Shown here in pieces: positions 19,570 through 29,080 of a stretch of 64,000 bases of DNA (the first letter of the stretch is position 1; each line of letters begins with the position of its first letter). The DNA comes from Candidatus Delongbacteria bacterium (GTDB lineage Bacteria > CAIWAD01): NCBI GenBank assembly GCA_963663545.1, contig OY760505.1, forward strand, positions 1,056,001-1,120,000. The letters are read 5' to 3'. Both the position numbers and the translations under genes were made by a program. The notes beneath the pieces are model-generated. The model was not told the DNA's origin and searched no databases. It saw only the letters and a program-made list of their open reading frames with translations.

Positions 19570-21117
19570 TTAACCTGTAATACTTCGATCCAAACAGCGC
19601 AGACTGAGCGCTTCGGCCACGTGATCCACGCCAATACGTGCTTCTCCGCCAAGGTCTGCCAGAGTTCTGGCCACGCGCAGCACTCGATCCATTGCTCGCG
19701 CACTCAGCGCCAACCTTCCCGCCGCATCCGCGAGCAGTGCGCTTCCTCGCTCATCGCACTGACACCACTGGTTCAGGTGACGGCGTTTCAATCCTGCATT
19801 GTCATGCAGTTCGTCGTGTTCGCGGTATCTGTTCTGCTGCTGGACTCGCGCTCGAACAACTCGCTCTCGTACAACGGCCGAAGGCTCCCCGGCGGGTGCA
19901 TCCATCAGCTCGGAATAGGGTAGACTTGGTAGCTCCACGTGTAAATCAATGCGATCCAGAATCGGTCCGGAAATTCTCCCGCGGTAACGCTCGATGGCCT
20001 GTTCGCTACACCGACACATACGCCGCGGATCGCCAAGATTTCCACAAGGGCAGGGATTCATTGCGGCAACCAGCATGAACCGTGAAGGTAGATGCACACG
20101 CAGGCTGGCTCGCGAAACCAGCACCTCACCATCTTCCAAAGGCTGCCGCAATTGCTCGATCACACGTCGGCCGAACTCGGGAAACTCATCCAAGAAGAGC
20201 ACACCTCGGTGCGCCAGACTTATCTCGCCGATATGCGGCGGTCGCCCACTGCCAATCAACCCTGCATCGGAAATCGTAGCGTGCGGAGCTCGAAAGGGCC
20301 GGTCCACTAGTAGTGGTTGCTGATCACATAACAGCCCGGCCACGGAGTGAATACGACTTGCCTCCAAACGCTCTGCTGAATCCAAGGGCGGAAGAATTCC
20401 AGGCAGGCAGCGCGCAAGCAGTGTCTTCCCGGCACCCGGGGGTCCGATAAACAACAGATTGTGACCTCCTGCAGCAGCCACTTCCAGCGCTCGGCGGGCA
20501 AGTAGCTGTCCACGGACATCACGCATATCGCTCGCCTCCTGGCTGCGCAGGGACGCGTGTGATACAATCTCATCCAAGGGCTGGGGATCGTATACGGTTA
20601 GTGGGGCCTCGCCACTGAGGTGCTCCACCGCCTCCTTCAACGTGGCGGGTGCAACAATGGACACTTGGCTGCTGGCACGCGCCTCGGCAAGGTTGGGAAG
20701 TGGCACCATGATCTGCGTCAAAGGAGCCTTCGCCTCCGAGGCCAACGAAAGCACACCACGAGCCGCCAGCAACTCCCCATCCAGTCCGAGCTCCCCAAAC
20801 ATCAAGGTGTTTGCGAGCACCTGAGGATCGAGTTCACCACGTGCGGCAAGCATGCAAAGCGCAATAGGCAAATCGAATGCACTGCCTGATTTGCGTAGAT
20901 CACTGGGTACGAAGTTGATGGTGATCCGCTTTGTGAAGCGCATATCAAAGCCGGAAAGCCGTGCCGCACTGAACACACGGGAGATTCCCTCGCGCACTGC
21001 ACTATCTGGCAAGCCGGTCAAGGTGATCTTGGGCAGTCCGGATTCCGCGTGACACTGGACATCTACAGGCAATGCTTCGACCCCATGTAACACGGCTGTG
21101 TGAGTCTGTACGTACAT
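19570..21117 (-). CDS. comM: YifB/ComM Mg-chelatase-like AAA+ ATPase
   Basis: GLPDSAVRE, KSGSAFDLPIA, Walker A GPPGAGKT, RPFRAPH, LFLDEFPEF, AAMNPCPCG, ISGPILDRID. Confidence 0.92.
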   Translation of the reverse strand: MYVQTHTAVLHGVEALPVDVQCHAESGLPKITLTGLPDSAVREGISRVFSAARLSGFDMRFTKRITINFVPSDLRKSGSAFDLPIALCMLAARGELDPQVLANTLMFGELGLDGELLAARGVLSLASEAKAPLTQIMVPLPNLAEARASSQVSIVAPATLKEAVEHLSGEAPLTVYDPQPLDEIVSHASLRSQEASDMRDVRGQLLARRALEVAAAGGHNLLFIGPPGAGKTLLARCLPGILPPLDSAERLEASRIHSVAGLLCDQQPLLVDRPFRAPHATISDAGLIGSGRPPHIGEISLAHRGVLFLDEFPEFGRRVIEQLRQPLEDGEVLVSRASLRVHLPSRFMLVAAMNPCPCGNLGDPRRMCRCSEQAIERYRGRISGPILDRIDLHVELPSLPYSELMDAPAGEPSAVVRERVVRARVQQQNRYREHDELHDNAGLKRRHLNQWCQCDERGSALLADAAGRLALSARAMDRVLRVARTLADLGGEARIGVDHVAEALSLRCLDRSITG

Positions 21118-21304
21118 TATTCCTCCACCGATTCTGACGATCAGATGAAGTCATGTACTACAGCATCACGCGCTGGTTCTGCGTTTTCGGGGCTCTTCTG
21201 CTCCTTCGCTCTCTGCTGTCTACAAGGGAGGACAGATTTGTGCTCTAACGGCTTTCGTGAACGGCCTGTGTTTTCGATGTTCATGCAAATTCATGGAGGA
21301 TACC

Positions 21305-22096
21305 GTGCGATATCGTTCTACCCTGCTGTGCCTACTATTGTGCTCTTCAGCACTTGTTGCGCAAATGCCCACGGGGAAAGTCCTTGGTGGCTTAAGTCTT
21401 GTATCACCGCTGTACGGATTGGATCACAATGAAGTTGTGATCAACGGAGTGAGCCACACCGATCGGGGGCCGATGTACGGTGCCTTCGCTCTTTGGACCA
21501 ATCAGCGCATCGCCATCAACAACATGCTCTTCTTCTCCGATGTAAATGGAACAGATATCGCGGGTGATGTGTTTTTTGCCAACTACTACCACAACCCAGA
21601 AGCAAGTGTCACATGGAATCTTGGACTGGGATGGGTCTGGCACAGCATTGACTCAGGTGATGTGACAATGCCCGTGGAATTCCCTGCGCAAGGACCACCT
21701 GTAATGGGCACGGTGGATTCACACATCAATATCAGTGCGCCGCTACCAAAGGCTGGTCTACTGCTGCGCTGGCCTGAAAAGGGTGTATCACTGAATCCGT
21801 ATCTGGCCTGGACGGAAGAGAACATCAACTTCGCCGATCAGCGTTTCTCTTTGGATCACGAAGACAGGGGCATGGTCTATGGTATCACCGCCAAATGGAA
21901 CTGGCGCTTCCTCTACTCCACGCTCAAGTACTACTACCAAACAGTAGACGGCTCTGGTGATCACTATCATGTGGCAAGGGTTCGCAACAGCGTCTTTCTG
22001 AATCACAGCTTTGGATTCACGACGCGTCTTGAGTACATGGAACATTCCACTTCGGATGATTTCAGCATCCTCTTTGGCCCCTGCATTTTATTCTAG
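21305..22096 (+). CDS. Hypothetical outer-membrane beta-barrel protein
   Basis: GTG start after GGAGGA; signal peptide; alternating aromatic strands; C-terminal Phe. Confidence 0.6.
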   Translation: MRYRSTLLCLLLCSSALVAQMPTGKVLGGLSLVSPLYGLDHNEVVINGVSHTDRGPMYGAFALWTNQRIAINNMLFFSDVNGTDIAGDVFFANYYHNPEASVTWNLGLGWVWHSIDSGDVTMPVEFPAQGPPVMGTVDSHINISAPLPKAGLLLRWPEKGVSLNPYLAWTEENINFADQRFSLDHEDRGMVYGITAKWNWRFLYSTLKYYYQTVDGSGDHYHVARVRNSVFLNHSFGFTTRLEYMEHSTSDDFSILFGPCILF

Positions 22097-22149
22097 GGTC
22101 TGATTGGACGAAGCAACTCTGTTGTGTATCACATCAGAAGGAGATCATC

Positions 22150-22701
22150 ATGCGCTTTCTGTTTGTCCTCATCGTGCTGTTAACAACGCACATTAGCCGT
22201 GCAAGCAACAATGAAGAATTGGCCGCGATGCTGACGGCTGATCAATCCTCTCGCTATTCAACAGAGGGCGCAAATCCACAGGAAGACCAGCAGCGTCGGG
22301 AGCGAGTCTTTCAGCTGTTGGCGGGAAACATGGTGATCACTCCCGCCGACAAACTGGCTGCCGCTGTCATTCTGCAGCATACTCCACTCTCGGTCTGCGA
22401 CGGGATTTTTGTATCACGCAGCGTCGAGAACTACCTACTGGCCAATGAGCTGGCTCGCGCCGCCTGGCTGGAAGGCGAAGAACGAGCGCAGCGTCTGATC
22501 GCTCAAACACTAGATCGCTACCTGGTATACACAGAGGGTAAGCAACGCTACGGCACTCAACGTTTCTGGGATGAAATCGAGCAGCAAGAGGTCCTGTATC
22601 CGATTGATCCTGCTACTACAGATTCAGCGCGTGTTGCACTCGGAATCGATTCGCTTTGTGTCCTTTTGCGCACATGGCCCATGAAGGAGGCACAGCCATG
22701 A
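22150..22701 (+). CDS. Hypothetical exported protein (DUF6624-like)
   Basis: RBS AAGGAG; signal peptide; DQxxR, ILQH and DRYL...QRYGTQ motifs. Confidence 0.6.
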   Translation: MRFLFVLIVLLTTHISRASNNEELAAMLTADQSSRYSTEGANPQEDQQRRERVFQLLAGNMVITPADKLAAAVILQHTPLSVCDGIFVSRSVENYLLANELARAAWLEGEERAQRLIAQTLDRYLVYTEGKQRYGTQRFWDEIEQQEVLYPIDPATTDSARVALGIDSLCVLLRTWPMKEAQP

Positions 22702-23150
22702 CACGTCTCCACGCAGTTTTGCTGTCTGTTCTGCTCCTGTGCAGCTCATGCAAACGAGTGACTGTTGTTCAGACGTGGCCAACCCCCGAGGCATACGCGA
22801 TGTATCACGCAGGATTGAACGCCTTGCTATCCGAAGGATACACCTGTTCCCAGGACAGTCTCAGCTTGATTTGCACAACAGAGGGTCGAAGCATGGGCAA
22901 GGACCTAATGCAGAATGGTGGCGGTGAATGGGAGTTGGAAATGAGCTTCCGCTACCGGGTATTCCAGGCTGATGATTGTAGCGCATCCTGGGAGCTGCTT
23001 CCAGATGTGTTTGGAACTACAATGCTCGTATCACGCAGGCGCCAAGATGTGCATCAGTTCAGTATTACCCACCAGGAATACCAGCGAGTCCTGGGGAAAA
23101 TCAACCTAGCGGTATCACGAAGCCGCCTTACTCCTCGGCATCCAAAGTAA
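22698..23150 (+). CDS. Hypothetical lipoprotein
   Basis: ATGA overlap with the upstream stop; RBS AAGGAGG; hydrophobic stretch ending CSSC (lipobox-like). Confidence 0.55.
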   Translation: MTRLHAVLLSVLLLCSSCKRVTVVQTWPTPEAYAMYHAGLNALLSEGYTCSQDSLSLICTTEGRSMGKDLMQNGGGEWELEMSFRYRVFQADDCSASWELLPDVFGTTMLVSRRRQDVHQFSITHQEYQRVLGKINLAVSRSRLTPRHPK

Positions 23151-23910
23151 GGTCAACACCTAGAAACCGATCCCACAGCTGATCAAGCACAGCAGATGCC
23201 GATCCACGCAAGCACTGATGAAAGAAGGGCGACAGATCCGTTGTTTCCGGATTCACTTCAACACAGAAACCACCCTGTTGTATCACGCGAAACACGGGTT
23301 CGGTGACGTAGGGAAATTGACTGCTAGTGCCTATGCTTAGGCAAAGATCCACTCCCCCTTCGAGAAAGCGCTCCAGCGCCGCAATGGCCTCCAGATTCAC
23401 CTTTTCTCCAAACAACACAACCGTTGGCCGTAACACACCCCCACAGGAATCACAGCGCGGTGGTAAAACCTCCTCGATTCGCTCTGGGGCTGGTGTGACA
23501 CTTCCGCATGCAAGGCAGCGTCGCTGCGCCAACGAACCATGGACCTCCGCCACCATTCGACTTCCGGCCTTACAATGCAAACCATCCACATTCTGTGTGA
23601 ACACCAGCATTTCACCGAAAAAGCGCTCCATCTCCTGCAGCACCTGATGGCCACGGTTGAAATCGGCGTGCTCTGCCGCTCGACTAATTTGAGTCAGAAT
23701 GCGCCATATCAACTCGGGGTTGCGTTGCAGCATCTCACCGGAAAGAGCTTGCTCAATGGGCGTTCCATCATCACAAGCTGCATCGTGATACAATCCACCA
23801 AATCCACGATACACGGGCAGGCCTGAGTCAGCTGATAAACCAGCACCGGTAATCACGAGCACGCGCTTTGCCGTTGCCATTCGCTGGCAAACGGCTTCGA
23901 TTCCTGTCAC
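23128..23910 (-). CDS. cobB: NAD-dependent protein deacylase (sirtuin)
   Basis: TGAGLSADSG, TQNVDGLH, HGS, CxxC...CxxC, RPTVVLFGE, GTS. Confidence 0.9.
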   Translation of the reverse strand: MTGIEAVCQRMATAKRVLVITGAGLSADSGLPVYRGFGGLYHDAACDDGTPIEQALSGEMLQRNPELIWRILTQISRAAEHADFNRGHQVLQEMERFFGEMLVFTQNVDGLHCKAGSRMVAEVHGSLAQRRCLACGSVTPAPERIEEVLPPRCDSCGGVLRPTVVLFGEKVNLEAIAALERFLEGGVDLCLSIGTSSQFPYVTEPVFRVIQQGGFCVEVNPETTDLSPFFHQCLRGSASAVLDQLWDRFLGVDLTLDAEE

Positions 23911-24638
23911 TCGTCTTCCTCCAAAGCACCATGCAGGCGGGTCGGAAGCATCTCTAGCAGCGGTGCAGCTTGTTCAACCTGAATGCGTTGTCCACCCACA
24001 ACAGAGCCGAACTCCAGTCGATGCGCGAACAAGCCTATTCTGCCATCCGGAAGGGTTTCGCCGGATCCATAGCGCAAGTCGCCCAGAATGGGGTGCCCTA
24101 TGGCAGCGAGCTGAGCACGAATCTGATGTGGACGGCCGGTTTCGAGTTGTACTTCAAGAATACTGACCTCGCCAAGGCATCGTGACACAGTGTAGCTGAG
24201 AACAGCTGGAGCATAGTCACCCCCCGCTGTATCACGAATCAGAACCGTACTCTGCCCCTTCGGTTTGAAAATGCCGTGTTCCAACCGTTGCGTCAGGTTT
24301 TCCGGGCAGCCTTTTACAACTGCCGTGTAGGTTTTGCGTACCGTGCGGCGCTGGAATTGACGCGACAGCCTGGCGGCCGCCTTGCTGTTGCGCGCCATCA
24401 GAACCAGGCCACCAACCGGACGATCAAGTCGGTGAACCAACCCGATATAGGCCTTTCCGGGCTTGTCGAAGCGTAGGCGAATGTACTCGCGAACCAGCTC
24501 TTCCAGACTAGGGTCTCCAGTTTCATCACTGTGTACCAGCATGCCAAAAGGCTTTGCCACGACCAGACAATGGCTATCTTCATAGCAGAGCAGCGACTGA
24601 ATCAGGATGGCCGCATTCACAGGTTCGACCTCGCTCAC
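23907..24638 (-). CDS. RluA-family pseudouridine synthase
   Basis: KPFG, VHRLDRPVGG, LETGRPHQIR, HPILGDLRYG. Confidence 0.9.
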   Translation of the reverse strand: MSEVEPVNAAILIQSLLCYEDSHCLVVAKPFGMLVHSDETGDPSLEELVREYIRLRFDKPGKAYIGLVHRLDRPVGGLVLMARNSKAAARLSRQFQRRTVRKTYTAVVKGCPENLTQRLEHGIFKPKGQSTVLIRDTAGGDYAPAVLSYTVSRCLGEVSILEVQLETGRPHQIRAQLAAIGHPILGDLRYGSGETLPDGRIGLFAHRLEFGSVVGGQRIQVEQAAPLLEMLPTRLHGALEEDE

Positions 24639-25549
24639 GTTGTGATACTCGATGTGGGGCTAAAGGGCGCTCCGTCAGGAATCCAACGGGCGAAAACACT
24701 ACAAGGGAGAATCCTGCTGCTCTTACCCGGCATTGCTGTCTCACGCAGTTGCAATTCCCCCAGCTCAATTTCACCACCCCGTGTTACATCGGCGAGCATA
24801 TTGCCCATCACGGTAGCTGAGAAGCCGAGCGAGTAGGCATTCATCATCAGAAAAAGCGGTGTATCACTCAGCAGGTCTGCGCAGGCTTTCAGTAACGGGG
24901 CAACGTGTTCCTCAAAACGAAACACTTTGCCCTGGGGATCGCGACCATAGGCGGGCGGGTCCAGCAGAATGCCGTCGTAGCGGCGTCCACGCCTTAGCTC
25001 GCGCCGGGCAAAGGCTAGACAATCGTCGACGATCCAGCGAATCGGGCGGTCTTCAAGACCCGAGTCCACCTGATTCTCCCGCGCCCAGTCGACGACATCC
25101 TTCGAGGCATCCACGTGACACACATTAGCTCCTGCCGCAGCCGCAACAAGCGAAGCGACACCCGTGTAGGCGAAAAGACTGAGGACATTACATCGGCCTG
25201 CACGAGGAGCAATACTCTGCTCCAGCCAACGCCAATTCGCATCGTGTTCGGGAAAAATGCCGGTATGTTTGAAAGACGTTAGCCGACAACGAAAGGACAG
25301 AGGCCCGCGCCGCAGGGTCCACCATTCTGGAATATCGCTCCGGTTCTCCCAGTGACTCGTACCAAAGCGCTTTTCGCGATGGAACCAGGCGTCGGCTCGT
25401 TCCCATTCCTTTTGGCTTAAACGCCTGGACCACAAGGCGTTGGGATCGGGGCGCGCCAATAGAAACTCACCAAATCGCTCGAGGCGGTATCCATCTCCAC
25501 TATCCAGTAATTGGTGCTCTTGCAAACATCCTTCATGGAATCGAATCAT
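24635..25549 (-). CDS. Class I SAM-dependent methyltransferase (RlmI/RlmK-like)
   Basis: FKHTGIFPE, LSLFAYTG, HVDAS, ILLDPPAYG. Confidence 0.85.
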   Translation of the reverse strand: MIRFHEGCLQEHQLLDSGDGYRLERFGEFLLARPDPNALWSRRLSQKEWERADAWFHREKRFGTSHWENRSDIPEWWTLRRGPLSFRCRLTSFKHTGIFPEHDANWRWLEQSIAPRAGRCNVLSLFAYTGVASLVAAAAGANVCHVDASKDVVDWARENQVDSGLEDRPIRWIVDDCLAFARRELRRGRRYDGILLDPPAYGRDPQGKVFRFEEHVAPLLKACADLLSDTPLFLMMNAYSLGFSATVMGNMLADVTRGGEIELGELQLRETAMPGKSSRILPCSVFARWIPDGAPFSPTSSITT

Positions 25550-25703
25550 CTAACACTCCCCATGGGAAGGTTTTTTATACTGTCCGCTGAAACCGTATCG
25601 CATCCCGTCGGTTTTGCCTGGCCGCAAAGGACCTTGAGGGAGAGGCCACGCGGCCCATCCAATCACCAATTTGACAAAGAAGAGGAAGAGCATGACAGGA
25701 GTT

Positions 25704-28004
25704 ATGCGTCTGGCTCTATTGCTGTTGCTGTCGGCACCGGCATGGGCCTCCCGCATCCATGGATACGTGTTGGAGGCTGGTAGCGATGAGCCGCTGATCG
25801 GCGCCAATGTGATGATCCAGGGTGAAGCACTAGGAGCGGCCTCCAATCTGGACGGCTACTTCGTCATTGTAGGCGTCGAACCCGGCCGGTACGAACTGAG
25901 CGCCAGTTACCAGGGTTACCGCAGCGCAACAGAGTCTATCGTTGTAGTACGCGATCTGGACACACGCATCAACCTTCATCTCGAGGAAGGCACCATTCGC
26001 CTCGAAGAGGTTGTAGTGACGGCAGAGCAGACGGAGCGTGAACTGCAGCAGACCGAAGTCTACGCTGGCAAAGTACGCCTGGACCGCCGCCAGATGGAGC
26101 TGGCGCCGCCTATGATCGAGCGCGATGTCTTTCGTGCCTTTCAAACGGTACCTGGCGTACTACCCAGCAATGACTTCTCAAGCGACTTGAATGTGAGAGG
26201 CAGCCGGGCCAACGAGAATTTGATTCTGCTGGACGGCGTGGAAGTCTACAATCCGAATCATCTGGGCGGCATGTTCTCAGCCTTTATTCCCAGCGCGGTG
26301 AAGCACGCTGATCTGCTGCGCTCCGGCTGGTCTGCCGTCTATGGTGGCCGCACCGGCGCGGTGTTCAACGTGACCAACCGCGAGGGCAATCACAACCAAC
26401 TGGATGCGGAACTCACGCTGGGAGCTCTGTCGACGAGTGCCTGTTTGAGCGCGCCTGTTCCCGGGCTGAAGAACAGCTCCTGGTTGCTGGCTGGACGCCG
26501 CTCCTACATTGATCTGGCCACCAAGGCCTTTACCGAAGAAGAGATGCCCTATTTCTTTACCGATGCGCAAGGGCGCTTCAATTGGGACCCGGGCATCAAC
26601 GACCGCATTTCCTTCACGGGCTACTACGGCGAGGATGTATTCAGCTCGGGCGCACTCGATTTCCGCTTCGGCAATCAAGCCGGTAATCTGAACTGGCGCC
26701 ACATCTGGAACAGCAAGTGGTACACGCGCGCCATTGTATCACACACGAGGTTCCGCAGCATTTTCGACGCTGGCGGCAAGGACATCATGTTCGAGGAGAC
26801 CTACATCCGCGACTGGTCGCTAAAGCTGCTGATGGAGTATCACCCCAATCCGCAACTGAGCGCGGAAATGGGTGTGAGTCTGAAGAACACCATCAACGGT
26901 TACGAAGCCTGGATCGCCAACACGCCCAACTGGGATGTAACGATGCGCATGGCTGAAACAGCCGGCTACGTCAGTGCGTCGTGGGAACCTCACCCGCTGG
27001 TTTTGATCGAGCCGGGTTTGCGTGTGACACAATTCGCCAGCAATTACATCTTTCGTGATGCAACCACACATCTGCGCTGGGAACCACGTCTGGGCACCAA
27101 GGTCTATCTGACTGACTGGGTTCGACTGAAGGCGGCATGGGGTTTGTATCACCAGGGTATCAACCAGTACAAGCGAGACGGAAGTAGTTTCGACTACGTG
27201 TGGATTGTGATGGACGAGACCGGATCTCCCACGCGCGCCAGCCACAGCAGTCTTGGCCTGGAAATGGACCTGCCTGGCCAGACGGCCTTTGAGATCGAGG
27301 CGTACTACAAAGAAGTCAGCAACGTTGCCGAGGGTAAGCCCATTGCACAGCACGAAGCCGACGATCCTTCCAGTAACAGCGACATTTTCTGGTACGGCCT
27401 GGGCAAGGCCATGGGCATGGACCTCAGCTTGAAGCGCACCGAAGGCCTGTGGACGGGATCGCTTGGCTACAGTCTGGGGTGGGCCTGGCGTGAGTTGGAC
27501 GAGCTTAACGAAGGCGAATCTTTCTACGCCAGCTATGACAAGCGCCACAACATGAACATGGTACTCAACCGCAATTTCCTGCTGGCCAAAGAACACGCTT
27601 GGCCCTGCCGCTGGGTGCCCTTCTTCAAATATGAGCAGACTTCGCTTTCACTGACAACGCGCTTCGCCAGTGGCCCGCGTTACAGCGAACCCGTCAGCGG
27701 AATCTATCTGGGCGAGGATGGCATTTCTAACGGCGAAGCACAGCGCGCCTATTGGGGGTCCCGCAATGGCGCCAGCCTGCCCGCATACAACCGCGTGGAC
27801 ATTGCCTGGAAGATGATTCGCCACAAGAAGGACTTCGTTTTTGAAATGAGCATTGGCGTGCTGAACCTGTTCAACAGCCCCAACTACTACGGCATCAACT
27901 ACACGACGTCCGATGAGAATACCGGCAGCACGATTCCCGTGGCAGAACGCGAGCGCGGAGTCGCCCGCATGCCCAGCCTGGAGTTGACTTGGAGGTTCCG
28001 CTAA
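25704..28004 (+). CDS. TonB-dependent receptor with N-terminal carboxypeptidase-regulatory-like domain
   Basis: EPLIGANV...DGYF, LEEVVVTA, plug motif NVRG...NLILLDGV...NPNHLGG; barrel ending WRFR; start could be 25692. Confidence 0.88.
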   Translation: MRLALLLLLSAPAWASRIHGYVLEAGSDEPLIGANVMIQGEALGAASNLDGYFVIVGVEPGRYELSASYQGYRSATESIVVVRDLDTRINLHLEEGTIRLEEVVVTAEQTERELQQTEVYAGKVRLDRRQMELAPPMIERDVFRAFQTVPGVLPSNDFSSDLNVRGSRANENLILLDGVEVYNPNHLGGMFSAFIPSAVKHADLLRSGWSAVYGGRTGAVFNVTNREGNHNQLDAELTLGALSTSACLSAPVPGLKNSSWLLAGRRSYIDLATKAFTEEEMPYFFTDAQGRFNWDPGINDRISFTGYYGEDVFSSGALDFRFGNQAGNLNWRHIWNSKWYTRAIVSHTRFRSIFDAGGKDIMFEETYIRDWSLKLLMEYHPNPQLSAEMGVSLKNTINGYEAWIANTPNWDVTMRMAETAGYVSASWEPHPLVLIEPGLRVTQFASNYIFRDATTHLRWEPRLGTKVYLTDWVRLKAAWGLYHQGINQYKRDGSSFDYVWIVMDETGSPTRASHSSLGLEMDLPGQTAFEIEAYYKEVSNVAEGKPIAQHEADDPSSNSDIFWYGLGKAMGMDLSLKRTEGLWTGSLGYSLGWAWRELDELNEGESFYASYDKRHNMNMVLNRNFLLAKEHAWPCRWVPFFKYEQTSLSLTTRFASGPRYSEPVSGIYLGEDGISNGEAQRAYWGSRNGASLPAYNRVDIAWKMIRHKKDFVFEMSIGVLNLFNSPNYYGINYTTSDENTGSTIPVAERERGVARMPSLELTWRFR

Positions 28005-28966
28005 TGAAGAAAGCCATACTACTTCTGCCACTCTTCGGCCTGGTGATGAGTGCCTGCGACAGTCTACCGGATGAGGATGCTAATCGTAGCGAGCGGGTTC
28101 TGTTGATTGCCGACCTCAACCCGGGTAACACGGGTTTGCAGGAAGTTCATCTATCCAAGCCGATCCCCATCGGTGACGAGATGATCTGGGCCACCTGTCA
28201 TCTCTCCGGTGCAGAGGTCCACATCTGGAATCAAACGGGTGATACACTGCTTGTTCCTGAGCTTGCAGATGAGTATCGCTACGGTTTTGATCGCAGCCTG
28301 TTTCCGCTGGTTCCCGGTGACACAATTACAGTTGGAGTTGTGGCGAGCTGGTCGGGCAAGCACATAGAAGGGTCCGGTACAACCCGCATTGTATCACCGG
28401 ACGATTTCGAGTTCACCGAAAAGCCGGGCGAGTTCAGTAGCGAGCTACAAGCGGATACGCTGATGTTCTTCGATGAAGAGTGGGAGTCAGGCTACAACGA
28501 AGTAACCGCCTTCTTTGTCGACTGGTTGGATCACCCTATCGACGTGTATCATTACCAGTTGGAAGTGAGCGCCATCTGCCACACAGACGAAGGTACGATT
28601 ACTCTGCCCTTCGAACGCCGCCATTGGCTGCGTGACGACGAGGAGCTTTCCTTCCAATTCTTCAACACCGTCAATCCGCGTTCAATGCCGGCCGCCTATG
28701 CCGGCGCGCAGAATGTCAGCTGGCTATGGTTCAACATGGTCGATGATAGTCTGCGCTACGCCGAGGACACTGAACGCCGCATGGGCTACTATCGCATAGC
28801 CATCCGTCGCTTCGATGAAATCAGCTCGGCCTACTACTACAGCACACACGAATGGAGCCCCTACGAAGACGACCAGATCCAGTGGACGATGAGCGGTGAG
28901 AACCTGCAGGGAATTGTGAGCAGCAGTGCAAGCATTTCCTTTGACGTGCTCATCATCGACGACTGA
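28004..28966 (+). CDS. Lipoprotein partner of the TonB receptor (DUF4249-like)
   Basis: TAATG overlap; lipobox MSAC followed by acidic residues. Confidence 0.7.
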   Translation: MKKAILLLPLFGLVMSACDSLPDEDANRSERVLLIADLNPGNTGLQEVHLSKPIPIGDEMIWATCHLSGAEVHIWNQTGDTLLVPELADEYRYGFDRSLFPLVPGDTITVGVVASWSGKHIEGSGTTRIVSPDDFEFTEKPGEFSSELQADTLMFFDEEWESGYNEVTAFFVDWLDHPIDVYHYQLEVSAICHTDEGTITLPFERRHWLRDDEELSFQFFNTVNPRSMPAAYAGAQNVSWLWFNMVDDSLRYAEDTERRMGYYRIAIRRFDEISSAYYYSTHEWSPYEDDQIQWTMSGENLQGIVSSSASISFDVLIIDD

Positions 28967-28989
28967 TCTCTGGCTCAGCCTCCAATTCA

Positions 28990-29013
28990 AGCGCCGCCTT
29001 TGGGCGGCGTTTT
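28990..29013 (+). terminator. Intrinsic terminator
   Basis: CGCCGCC-TTTG-GGCGGCG followed by TTTT. Confidence 0.7.
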
Positions 29014-29080
29014 CTTTGGAACTTATGGTGAAGAACTGCACTATCTTGGATCTTAGTCTGTCAAAACTTATTTAGGCACC

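Noticed and set aside
19570..21117. comM as an interrupted integration hotspot
   Set aside because: The gene is full length and uninterrupted, with no integrase nearby
23128..23910. Sirtuin as an anti-phage (Thoeris/DSR-type) NADase
   Set aside because: Has the Zn-binding CobB architecture and sits in a housekeeping operon with RluA and a methyltransferase
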